A program made the translations under genes and the position numbers. This document shows, piece after piece, positions 24,722 through 32,936 of a stretch of 59,957 nt of DNA. Each line of letters begins with the position of its first letter. Within the stretch, counting starts at the first letter, position 1. The stretch spans positions 1-59,957 of the forward strand of contig JAFAUR010000176.1 in NCBI GenBank assembly GCA_019243205.1. The letters run 5' to 3'. The notes below the pieces were generated by a model. That model saw only the letters and a list, made by a program, of their open reading frames with translations, ran no database searches and was not told the origin of the DNA. This DNA is from Acidobacteriaceae bacterium. Its GTDB lineage: Bacteria; Acidobacteriota; Terriglobia; Bryobacterales; Bryobacteraceae.

Positions 24722-25080
24722 CGCCAGAGCCTTCGCCACTATTACGCGCTTCACCTCTGGACCAGCGGTGAAGCTGAACCCGAGAAACTTCCGCTCCTGC
24801 CGTCGCGCTACCGCGCTCTTTGCTTCATTCACGTTGAGTTTGAGCTTGTGCGTGATGAACTGCGTAATGCTCTTCATCACGCGCTGACCTGCCCGCTCGC
24901 TGCGAACGTTAGATATCACAATCATCCGCATAGCGAACGAAACGAAGTCCACGGCGCTCCAACTCCCGGTCGAGTGCATCAAGCACAACATTGCTGAGCA
25001 GTGGCGAAAGCGACCACCCTGTGGGGTCCCTTCTACACTTGGGCCGACCAGTCCGTTCTCCATCACTCCCGCCGGACGGT
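24722..25080 (-). pseudogene. group II intron reverse transcriptase remnant, C-terminal half (RT domains ~3-7, start of X), frameshifted
   Basis: AGVMENGLVGPSVEGTPQGG, then in another frame LSPLLSNVVLDALDRELERRGLRFVRYADDCDI, then back to VRSERAGQRVMKSITQFITHKLKLNVNEAKSAVARRQERKFLGFSF. The YADD box and flanks are classic group II intron IEP sequence. Confidence 0.8.
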
Positions 25081-25239
25081 GGGATGCGAAGCTTGGCATC
25101 CCGACGGTGCTGGATCGATTTATCCAGCAAGCGGTGATGCAGGTTCTGCAACGGCGCTCATCAAGCAGTAGCGCAGGCACAGCAGTATGTCGCCGAAGGC
25201 TACGGCTGGCGCGTCGATCTTGATCTGGGGAGGTTTTTC
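25062..25239 (+). pseudogene. group II intron reverse transcriptase remnant, N-terminal part (RT domains ~0-2), on the opposite strand
   Basis: The plus strand reads KLGIPTVLDRFIQQAVMQVLQ (25089-25151). After a frame change and deletion it reads AHQAVAQAQQYVAEGYGWRVDLDLGRFF (25156-25239). These are the conserved RT1/RT2 blocks that should precede the minus-strand half. Confidence 0.7.
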
Positions 25240-25322
25240 CTATGGTGCGACACGGTAGAATCCGACGTCCACGAATCACGATGGCGTCGTTGGATTGCGT
25301 TACAGATGTCCGGCTGACTCCT

Positions 25323-26885
25323 TCACCGCTCCTGCCGCGCAGACTGCAACAGGAACTCGAATTGCGGTCTTGTAGAATCGGGTGTCACCGTGATCTTCGT
25401 GTCCAAGTGCAGCACCAGTTTCTCCTTGTCGTAACGAGGCCAGTGCCATAGTCCTTCGCCGTTCGGATCGCCGGCCCGGGCAAAATTCGCCCAGTAGCGC
25501 GTCATCTCATCGCTCAAGACGTAGTCTTGCGGCCGCCACTGCGCTCCATGCCGCGTGTCCAGCGTGCCGAACACATATTCGAGCTCGTCAGAGTGGAACG
25601 CATATTTCCCTTCGGGATGAACCTCGCTCGGCGGCGCGGCCAAGTCGAAACGATAGCGATACACCGGCGCCGCGCCAGTATTCACCTGGGCTTCGATCCA
25701 CCTCCACGTTCCGAGAGCAATGAATTGCGCGGTGGTAAGAGCATCGGCCGATTGGATCGCCTCATCATCGCTTCTTCCCTGAAATGCCGCCAGGAACTCA
25801 TCAGCTCGTTTGCCGTAATGGTCTGCGGCGAACGCCTTCCATTTCTTTGAAGTCATGCCTTTGGACAAGGTGCCCGCCCTCTCGTCACGATTCCATCCAG
25901 CCAGCAGTGGGACGTGCGCCTGATTGCCCGCGGTATAGGTTTCGGGGATGCTTTGCTTCAGGAAGCTGCCGTCGATCACCGGGGTAAACCATCCGACTCC
26001 CTTCTTCTGCGCCCCCTCGATCACCTTGGCCGTGGACATCTGCCGAAACTCCGCGAGACCTCGTACCCCTAGCGAGTCCACCCACTCCTGATCGCGCCGT
26101 ATTCGCGCGGCTAGTGACCCCGCCGGTAAGACGTCGCTGAATGCTGCGCCGCTCTCGCCGATCGCCTTCTGGAACAGTCCTCGTGCTCCCGGTGTCGCCA
26201 TCAAGGTACTCACCGCGAACGAGCCTGCACTCTCACCAAAAATGGTGATGTTGTTCGGATCACCACCGAATCGAGCAATGTTGGCCCGCACCCATCGAAG
26301 AGCGGCAACCATGTCCATCAGTCCGTAGTTGCCCGCCGACCCGCCCCCCTCTTTCGCAAGGTCCTCGCTGGCCAGAAACCCGAAGACTCCCAGCCTGTAG
26401 TTAATCGTGACCAGCACAACCCCTTGAAGTGGCAATGTCGAATTGGTGTACCGCGGTTCTGAACCCGCACCGGCTGTATAGCCGCCTCCATGGATCCAGA
26501 ACATGACCGGCAAACGGCCGCTGTTATCCGCTGCGACAGGAGTGTAGACGTTGAGGTAAAGACAATCTTCGCTGGGTCCAGGATCAAGAAAGAGGTAATC
26601 ACTCCAGATCTGCCATTGCCCACAGCGCGAGCCGAATTTGGTTGCATCGCGCACCTGCTGCCAGGAGGCCGGCGGTTGCGGCGGCATCCAGCGCAGCGGT
26701 CCCACAGGCGGAGCAGCATATGGCAGGCCCAGAAACGCGTGAACCTTTCCGCCGCTGATCAGCTTACCCTGCACTTCGCCTTGTGCAGTAGTCACCCTGG
26801 GCGAACTGGCGGCAGCATGCCCACCAGCCCGAATCGCAAATGCTATGACGGCCATCGCAGATGCCAAACGTACTGTTCGAAACAT
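25323..26885 (-). CDS. carboxylesterase type B (para-nitrobenzyl esterase-like), exported
   Basis: FGESAGS nucleophile elbow, EDCLYLNVY, HGGGY. The start is taken at MFRTVRLASAMAVIAFA (signal peptide); the ORF extends to 26966. Confidence 0.9.
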   Translation of the reverse strand: MFRTVRLASAMAVIAFAIRAGGHAAASSPRVTTAQGEVQGKLISGGKVHAFLGLPYAAPPVGPLRWMPPQPPASWQQVRDATKFGSRCGQWQIWSDYLFLDPGPSEDCLYLNVYTPVAADNSGRLPVMFWIHGGGYTAGAGSEPRYTNSTLPLQGVVLVTINYRLGVFGFLASEDLAKEGGGSAGNYGLMDMVAALRWVRANIARFGGDPNNITIFGESAGSFAVSTLMATPGARGLFQKAIGESGAAFSDVLPAGSLAARIRRDQEWVDSLGVRGLAEFRQMSTAKVIEGAQKKGVGWFTPVIDGSFLKQSIPETYTAGNQAHVPLLAGWNRDERAGTLSKGMTSKKWKAFAADHYGKRADEFLAAFQGRSDDEAIQSADALTTAQFIALGTWRWIEAQVNTGAAPVYRYRFDLAAPPSEVHPEGKYAFHSDELEYVFGTLDTRHGAQWRPQDYVLSDEMTRYWANFARAGDPNGEGLWHWPRYDKEKLVLHLDTKITVTPDSTRPQFEFLLQSARQER

Positions 26886-27119
26886 GTTCAAAGGTTCTCC
26901 TGTGACCCGGGAGGTGTTTGTGCGCGCTGCTGCCGCCGGTTCCGGTCGGGTTCTTTGACCGTTCAAGTATACGCGTATAGGTGTCCCGCGCTCAGGTACG
27001 CCTGTCTTTGATCGTCCGATACAGTTTCACGGACCGTGTTCACACCTCGCGGTCTTGGAGTGGTGGTGCTGCGATTAGTCCGTCGGCGGCGTGGGACGGT
27101 TCACTGGCGGGCTATAACG

Positions 27120-28982
27120 CTAAGTCACTGTCCAGATGCAACCGTAGTTGCTAGGTACAGTGAACGTCTGCCCAGCTCCCGCCACAACACCCCTCAAGTT
27201 CTGTGTGGTCTCGATCTGCTCGACGTAATTCCCACTATGTGGGAACACAAAGCTTGCCGTCTGTTGCTGGTTCGTGAAATTCACGACAACCAGGCTGAAC
27301 ACACTTCCGAGTTGTCGCGAAAACGCCAGCAAACCCTTGGAATTGAAATTACCCTCGTCGTTATAAAAGAAATGGCTGCCGTCGGTGAATTGCGATCCGC
27401 CACGACGGATGTTCGTGAGTTTTCGCACTAAGCGGATGATTGGCCGGCCGTCGTTGTCGTAGAAATAGTTCCAGCGTACTGGGCGATATAACATGACCCG
27501 CCCATAGCCACTTCCTGGAATCCAATAGTTCTCACAGAATTCCTGGCCTTCGCAAAGCAGAGGCGTCCCCTTGCTCGTCAGCAACGCAATCAGATACGGC
27601 TGAACGTTCGGCCACTTTCCGTACCTGTCACCCTCCTGAAGCAAAACGTCGTCCGGATTGTTGTCGATCGGGACCGTGCCGAAATTGCAAATGAACCGCT
27701 GATGATCGTGGTTCTCCACGTATTGAAGCGCGGTCTTGGGAATTGTGTCATTGTTCGCCGTCATCGACGTTGGGTATCCATTGAGCCCCAGCTGCAGTCC
27801 CAGTTGTGTAATCGCACCGGGCTGTCCGGCCGCACAACTCTCGGCTGCCCCAAGCGTGCCGTCCTGCCAGGTGCCGGTGCTGTAACTTCCATATAGGATC
27901 TCGGGCGGATTCGGCAAGTATTCGGCGATCTGAATCAGATTGATATCCCCAGCTGAATCGAAGAACCGCTGGTAGTGGTCTGTCGCACTCGCTTTCGATT
28001 TGACATATTGATACGTTGAGTAAACAAGGTTGGCATACCCTGAGCCCGTCGGACCGTCCCAATACTCCGGCACATCATCGAACCGGAATCCGTCCACGTG
28101 AAACGTATCCAACCAGAACTGATTTACCGAATAATAGTAATCCTGCGTGAGCTGCTTGGAGAAATCATTCAGGATCCCGTAGTCTCCGTTACCGTCATTG
28201 AACGGGTTCGGGAGATCGTTCTGCAAAGCAGTGTAAAGCTGGGTGTAGGCGAAGTCATCGCCCGTGTGACCGTATACCGAATCCACAATCACCGCGATTC
28301 CGTTCTGGTGACATTCGTCGACGAAATGCTGAAAATCGGATGGTCCGCCGAAACGCTCCGCGACGCAAAAGTAACCGATCGGATCGTATCCCCAGTCAAT
28401 CGTGCTCAAGACATTGGATACGGGCATAACTTCGATGCAGTTAATGCCCAGATCCGCCAGGTAGGGTAGCTGCCTGATGGTGCGATCGAGGTCGTTACGG
28501 AACTCGCTGATCATTAATTCGTAGATGATCGCGTTCTTAAGAGGCGGCGTTTTCCACCGCGTTTCGCTGGCGGAAAACGCGTAGGGAGTGGACCCGACAG
28601 TAATAGCCGACAAACGGCCTACGCCGACCTCGCGCGAGAACGGATCGATAATGAAATCAATATCGCCGCGCACGGGACTTCGAATCACGTATCGGTAGAC
28701 ATAACGACCGGCTTGTCCGAATGCAGTCGATCCGGGCGGAGTTGCCGCGGTGTTTAGATCGATGGTCCCTGACCAATAATCGCCGTACATCGCGTCCACA
28801 GAGTGAGTTTGCGCTGCGACCGCTGGTTGAGCGGCCTGCAGGTACTGGTCCGTTTCGTGAATGATTTTGACTGAGACGGCGTAGCCCTTCCCCGGATCGA
28901 CGCCAGGCAGAAAAATTCCAAACTGAATGACCTTGGACGATATTTCAAGGGCGCCCAATTTGTTCATCGGAAGATACTTCAT
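27120..28982 (-). CDS. GH13 alpha-amylase-family glycoside hydrolase with N-terminal E-set/CBM48-like domain
   Basis: GH13 conserved regions DSVYGHT, GFRFDDV and YVENHD. The start is taken at MKYLPMNK with a GGAGG RBS; the ORF extends to 29009. Confidence 0.9.
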   Translation of the reverse strand: MKYLPMNKLGALEISSKVIQFGIFLPGVDPGKGYAVSVKIIHETDQYLQAAQPAVAAQTHSVDAMYGDYWSGTIDLNTAATPPGSTAFGQAGRYVYRYVIRSPVRGDIDFIIDPFSREVGVGRLSAITVGSTPYAFSASETRWKTPPLKNAIIYELMISEFRNDLDRTIRQLPYLADLGINCIEVMPVSNVLSTIDWGYDPIGYFCVAERFGGPSDFQHFVDECHQNGIAVIVDSVYGHTGDDFAYTQLYTALQNDLPNPFNDGNGDYGILNDFSKQLTQDYYYSVNQFWLDTFHVDGFRFDDVPEYWDGPTGSGYANLVYSTYQYVKSKASATDHYQRFFDSAGDINLIQIAEYLPNPPEILYGSYSTGTWQDGTLGAAESCAAGQPGAITQLGLQLGLNGYPTSMTANNDTIPKTALQYVENHDHQRFICNFGTVPIDNNPDDVLLQEGDRYGKWPNVQPYLIALLTSKGTPLLCEGQEFCENYWIPGSGYGRVMLYRPVRWNYFYDNDGRPIIRLVRKLTNIRRGGSQFTDGSHFFYNDEGNFNSKGLLAFSRQLGSVFSLVVVNFTNQQQTASFVFPHSGNYVEQIETTQNLRGVVAGAGQTFTVPSNYGCIWTVT

Positions 28983-29212
28983 AAAGACCTCCGAGCATGG
29001 AGTAAACAATGATCCGCTAAGTATATCTTTGGTGGCGCACCCGACCGGGCAAAACGAGCTACAGCATAGGCGGACGGAAGCACGCCACCGGTACCGACGG
29101 CACTTTCACCCCATTGAACACACGGACGGGGCTTGTGCACCTCCGACCTGCCGCTCGCGAGGTGTCCTTCGATGTCCACCAAAGTGCATGATTGTGAAAC
29201 ACCGCGAGGGCA

Positions 29213-30040
29213 TCATGACCCGGTGTTATCAGAGGCGGCAGCTGTTCCCACCAGCAGCATATAGATCGTCGACTCGTTTACGCCATCCAAACCCAGATAG
29301 CGGTCGATCGCCCGATCGTTATAACCGCCGATGTTAGCCGTCACTAAGTTCATTTCCTGCGCGGTCAGATTAGCATTTTGGGAAAGATGCCCTGCCTCAA
29401 ACAACACAAAACGATATCCGCGATCGCCGTATTTGAACGTGGAGCGTGCAAACACAGCCGAGATCATAAGGATTGCCGCGGCGCCGCGTCCTAAATCGCT
29501 CTGAACCATCATGCACGAGATGGTCTCTGATTCGTCGGCGTTTCGGAGAATGTCCAACGCATGGTCTTCGGGATCATAGTGATACAGTCCCGGCTGCAAT
29601 CCATGAACCCGCGTTGCATGTATGTAGATCTCGAGCGGATACAGTGCGCCGCCCGAGGGGATCACCCGAAAGGGCCGAGGATAGCTGGTTCCCGCATTGC
29701 TTCGGTTTACGCCGTAGCTCATCACCAGAATTTTGGCCAGCTGCTCAAGTGGCATAAAGCCCGAACCAAAGCTACGGGCCGTGTGCCTGGTGTGGAGAAC
29801 ATCATCGAAGGACTTGCTGGATGCGGGCAAGCTGGTAGGTAATGCAAGCTTAGGAAAGTCTGCGTATGGTTTCACGCGTCGCAGCATGTTCATGCCCGCA
29901 ACCACGGTGGCGTCGCTGGGCCAAAACTTAAACAGGTGATGCAACTCAACGAAACTCGTCTTAGAGTTTTCGTGGAATAGCTCCCAGTTCGCGTCGTAAT
30001 CGGATTGCAAGAAATGATAATCGAGAGATTCGAAGGCCAT
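29213..30040 (-). CDS. SagB/McbC-type FMN-dependent azoline dehydrogenase (set 1, B1)
   Basis: WELFHENSK N-terminal signature, RVIPSGGALYPLEIY, and FKYGDRGYRFVLFEAGH (Lys-Tyr motif present). Last gene of the RiPP operon. Confidence 0.9.
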   Translation of the reverse strand: MAFESLDYHFLQSDYDANWELFHENSKTSFVELHHLFKFWPSDATVVAGMNMLRRVKPYADFPKLALPTSLPASSKSFDDVLHTRHTARSFGSGFMPLEQLAKILVMSYGVNRSNAGTSYPRPFRVIPSGGALYPLEIYIHATRVHGLQPGLYHYDPEDHALDILRNADESETISCMMVQSDLGRGAAAILMISAVFARSTFKYGDRGYRFVLFEAGHLSQNANLTAQEMNLVTANIGGYNDRAIDRYLGLDGVNESTIYMLLVGTAAASDNTGS

Positions 30041-30046
30041 AGCTGG

Positions 30047-31393
30047 TTATGGAAAAGGATGTGGATACGGGTTATCGGGTTCGTTTCTTGCCAACCCGCG
30101 ATGGCCGAGCTTTCGAGGAACCTCGTAGAGACGGGTGACACCGAGAGCGCGGTTGCGATGCCCCATGTAAAGCGGGTGTGCACCGGGTACGACAACTCTG
30201 ACCACGTGCAGACCGAGCTCGGCGACGTCAGGAGTAGTTAGTTCGACAACGAGCGGTTCGAGGCCGGCGGCAACGGTGTTTTCTACCAATTTGCGAAGCT
30301 GTTCAGAGGGCGAACCCGCAGACAGATCCGGCTCATCGCAGAGATCGATCTGACGAGTGGACGACCAGGCAAATTCGGCGAACGGCTTGGCATATTGCGG
30401 ACAATAGAACCGCAAGTGATCGCGCTGGTCCTTCACGAGAGGATGTCCCCGATCCACTTCGACCGGCAGCGGTGGCGTGTAGCGAAGAAGCTGCCGGGCA
30501 TACATTCGCGTGTGCGCGAGTTCGTCAAGCGATTTCAGTAGACAACGTTCTGGTGAAGGATCCGCAGCCGCCGCAACGGCGACCGCCGGCGATGTTTCCG
30601 CGTTAGAGACGCCGACGGTCATGATGGCCGGAACGCCTATGTCAGTCGTGATGTCCATCAGGTACACCCTGATGCCGACAGCCTCGAATCGCGAGACCAG
30701 GTCACAACCAAAAGCCGGCAGAGTTTCATGGCGAATAACAGGACAACTCATCATCGCCTGCCATGTGATTGTGAACGCGTCACGTTCCAGAACTTCGCAA
30801 AGTCCGGAGATCGTAGCCTCCGCAATCGAACCGCCACAGGCCAATCCCGTCGAGATTGGCTGCAGAATAAAGGCACTGCGAGTTGCCCCGTGGTAATGAA
30901 ACGGGATGTAGACAGCTGCTGCCGGCACGAACACTCGCTCTCCGGTAACCAGCGATCTAGCCGGCGTCCAGTGCACAGGTGTATCGACTGTAAACGGATG
31001 CCAAAGGAAGCCTTCCGACAAATACTGCTCCGGAAGATACATGGTGAGAAGCTCAGGATGTACTGCGCGGAGGTTTAATTCGCGATGGGCCGCGAACCGA
31101 AAACCGGCAGGATCATAGATGGCGCTGCAATAGCGTTCGATGGCTTCACCCATCGCCTTAGCAATGGCGCTGTAGCGGTCTGTTGAGGCTCCACCGTTAT
31201 CACCGAAGTTACGCATTGCGGTGAAGCGAGACGCGTCGCACGCTTTCGAAAAGTAGTGGAAGAAATCGGGATCGTCATCATCGACGGGCAATTCTTCGAT
31301 CCGTTGAATGATCCCTACTTTCGGGTCGACCAATTGATCCCAAAGCCCAACTATTTGTTCCAGCCGTGCGCGGCTCCGGGTGCTCAGCGGCAT
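30047..31393 (-). CDS. YcaO-domain cyclodehydratase (set 1, D1)
   Basis: Canonical MGEAIERYCS and CEVLERDAF motifs. Pro-rich C-terminus NPYPHPFP. Confidence 0.9.
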   Translation of the reverse strand: MPLSTRSRARLEQIVGLWDQLVDPKVGIIQRIEELPVDDDDPDFFHYFSKACDASRFTAMRNFGDNGGASTDRYSAIAKAMGEAIERYCSAIYDPAGFRFAAHRELNLRAVHPELLTMYLPEQYLSEGFLWHPFTVDTPVHWTPARSLVTGERVFVPAAAVYIPFHYHGATRSAFILQPISTGLACGGSIAEATISGLCEVLERDAFTITWQAMMSCPVIRHETLPAFGCDLVSRFEAVGIRVYLMDITTDIGVPAIMTVGVSNAETSPAVAVAAAADPSPERCLLKSLDELAHTRMYARQLLRYTPPLPVEVDRGHPLVKDQRDHLRFYCPQYAKPFAEFAWSSTRQIDLCDEPDLSAGSPSEQLRKLVENTVAAGLEPLVVELTTPDVAELGLHVVRVVVPGAHPLYMGHRNRALGVTRLYEVPRKLGHRGLARNEPDNPYPHPFP

Positions 31394-31414
31394 GCAGACA
31401 ATTCCCGGGCGCGC

Positions 31415-32476
31415 TTATTCATGCGGAATCAGACTGCCGACAATCAGCGCCCGGGAAGCTTTTCGCATGATCTCGCCACAATCCGGACAGCGTGGGATCT
31501 TCAGTATACGGCGAACGGTGGAAGAGAATGAAAACAGATTCAGTTCGATGCTCCGGCCGGCTGTATCTGGCGGCGGGTACCCAGCAATGAATTTCACAAC
31601 CTCAATGGCCGCGATCTCGCCGAGCGCAGAGGCCATGGGAGGAAGCAGTCCCGCGGAAACCATGCTGCCCGGATTGGCGCTTGCGTGACGCCGAAGCGCT
31701 CGCCCGGCGGCATAGTTCGGATTGTTGGATTCCCTTCTCAAGAAGTAGCAGCGGAGACAGGCATTTTCATACGGGTGATTGAGAGGTCCCACATAGCCGA
31801 GCAGGTCCGCCTGCCAAACGGGAAGGAACGGCTTCTCGATTCTCAATGCGGTTCGGCTAAACTCGAGCAGCGCATCGCCTTGATCGAAGTCACTCGTTGC
31901 ACAGATAACCGAGCATTCTGACAGTTCTCCGTCGGAGGACAATTCGGGCACGCGTCGCAGGCGGTCTTCGCCCGGTTGGAATCCAACCGGTGCTACCTCG
32001 TTGTTCAAATTAGTGTCATCCACCAGCGTGATCCTGCCAATGCCCGATTCCAGGAGGCTGCGCAGCATCGCTCGCGCTATCAAAGTAACTCCTGCAACCA
32101 CAACATGCGCGTTCCCGAGCCGCTGTGGAGCATTGCGACCCTCCTCGCCCATGTTCCACCAGAATGCCGTTTGAAGTGACTCGAGGCTTGCCTCGTTGAC
32201 GTCCGGCCCCGGCTCTTCTGTGATGAGCCTCCGAAGCTGCATCGTGGTCAGCAAGTTGCCGACTTCGCCACGCAAATGTTCCGGAAAGCTATCCACAATG
32301 TCTTCGGGCGTACGGCTCCCATCGAACTGTTGGATGAGCGACTCGAGGATAGAGTGCACCTGAGCGCCACTAACTACCAGCTCATTGACGCCGCGCTTCA
32401 GAACCGCAGTATCATCAGAAACCCGGACGTATCGAAGATCGGTGCCGTACACTTTGTCCTCTCTGATTTTTGGCAT
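31415..32476 (-). CDS. TOMM cyclodehydratase C protein / E1-like leader-peptide-binding partner (set 1, C1)
   Basis: N-terminal RRE-like VLKRGVNELVVSGAQVHSILESLIQQFDGSRTPEDIV. Cys pairs CLRC ... CPDC. Adjacent to the YcaO gene. Confidence 0.85.
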   Translation of the reverse strand: MPKIREDKVYGTDLRYVRVSDDTAVLKRGVNELVVSGAQVHSILESLIQQFDGSRTPEDIVDSFPEHLRGEVGNLLTTMQLRRLITEEPGPDVNEASLESLQTAFWWNMGEEGRNAPQRLGNAHVVVAGVTLIARAMLRSLLESGIGRITLVDDTNLNNEVAPVGFQPGEDRLRRVPELSSDGELSECSVICATSDFDQGDALLEFSRTALRIEKPFLPVWQADLLGYVGPLNHPYENACLRCYFLRRESNNPNYAAGRALRRHASANPGSMVSAGLLPPMASALGEIAAIEVVKFIAGYPPPDTAGRSIELNLFSFSSTVRRILKIPRCPDCGEIMRKASRALIVGSLIPHE

Positions 32477-32511
32477 GCCGGCGTAATTGCTTGGTGAGCA
32501 ATCGCGCCGGC
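32477..32511 (-). promoter_or_regulatory. RNA stem-loop between the precursor gene and C1, ending at nucleotide -1 of the C1 start codon
   Basis: The mRNA sense reads GCCGGCG-CG-ATTGCT-CACCA-AGCAAT-TA-CGCCGGC followed directly by ATG. This gives 7 + 6 bp of stem around a 2x2 internal mismatch and a 5-nt loop, with no U-tract. Confidence 0.5.
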
Positions 32512-32531
32512 AAATTTATATTCCGGTAGCG

Positions 32532-32921
32532 TTATACGGCGAGGGGATCGACCTGCACCGCGGCTGAACAACAGGAGCAGCAGGGAGTACAGCAGCAGCA
32601 ACAGCTATCGCCTAATGCCTTAACATTCTGTGGAGTGTGGACACTAGTAAGCTTGTTTACTCCCTGGAAATTCGCGATCACCTGATATCGATAATCGGCA
32701 AAGAGACCGTCAATGGTAACCAGGTCGTGTGTAGTCAGCGCATTCACCTTGGGATTTTCCACAGGAGCAGGCGGCACACCAAAGGCCATCGCCATATCTG
32801 CAAAGTCGGCCGGGGTCATGCTGCGGACTGTGTGTGAGGTTTTGAAGCTGTCCAGTTTCTCTGCGGGAAAGATTTCCTCAACAGAGAACCGTTTCTTGTC
32901 TCCACCAGGTGGAGGATTCAT
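32532..32921 (-). CDS. RiPP precursor peptide with Cys/Ser/Thr-saturated core
   Basis: 129 aa. AGGAG lies 7 nt upstream of the ATG. The C-terminal region reads ..KALGD SCCCCCTPCCSCCS AAVQVDPLAV. It sits between two cyclodehydratase/dehydrogenase sets. Confidence 0.8.
   Translation of the reverse strand: MNPPPGGDKKRFSVEEIFPAEKLDSFKTSHTVRSMTPADFADMAMAFGVPPAPVENPKVNALTTHDLVTIDGLFADYRYQVIANFQGVNKLTSVHTPQNVKALGDSCCCCCTPCCSCCSAAVQVDPLAV
32565..32606 (-). other. predicted core-peptide segment SCCCCCTPCCSCCS (codons 106-119 of the precursor)
   Basis: The mRNA reads AGC TGT TGC TGC TGC TGT ACT CCC TGC TGC TCC TGT TGT TCA. Confidence 0.7.
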
Positions 32922-32936
32922 CTTTACTCTCCTTTC

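Noticed and set aside
25081-25151. The N-terminal part of minus-strand ORF 24909..25151 (MQNLHHRLLDKSIQHRRDAKL...) as RT domain sequence
   Set aside because: It is the antisense of the much better plus-strand match KLGIPTVLDRFIQQAVMQVLQ. Only the part of that ORF from about 25020 down to 24909 (LSPLLSNVVLD..YADDCDI) is genuine RT sequence.
26968-26979. A perfect 12-bp palindrome, TATACGCGTATA, about 85 bp upstream of the carboxylesterase start, as an operator
   Set aside because: It is a single short palindrome with no repeat copy and no adjacent regulator gene. I cannot distinguish it from chance without comparative data.
28979-29182. A 67-aa minus-strand ORF downstream of B1, as a possible second precursor
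   Set aside because: It has no Cys/Ser/Thr-rich C-terminus and no RBS. It overlaps the GH13 start and RBS region, and its composition looks like non-coding read-through.
32532-32921. Classifying the precursor leader as NHLP (nitrile-hydratase-like) or Nif11-type
   Set aside because: The leader sequence does not resemble those families as I remember them, and there is no Gly-Gly/Gly-Ala cleavage motif immediately before the core. It is left unclassified pending an HMM search.
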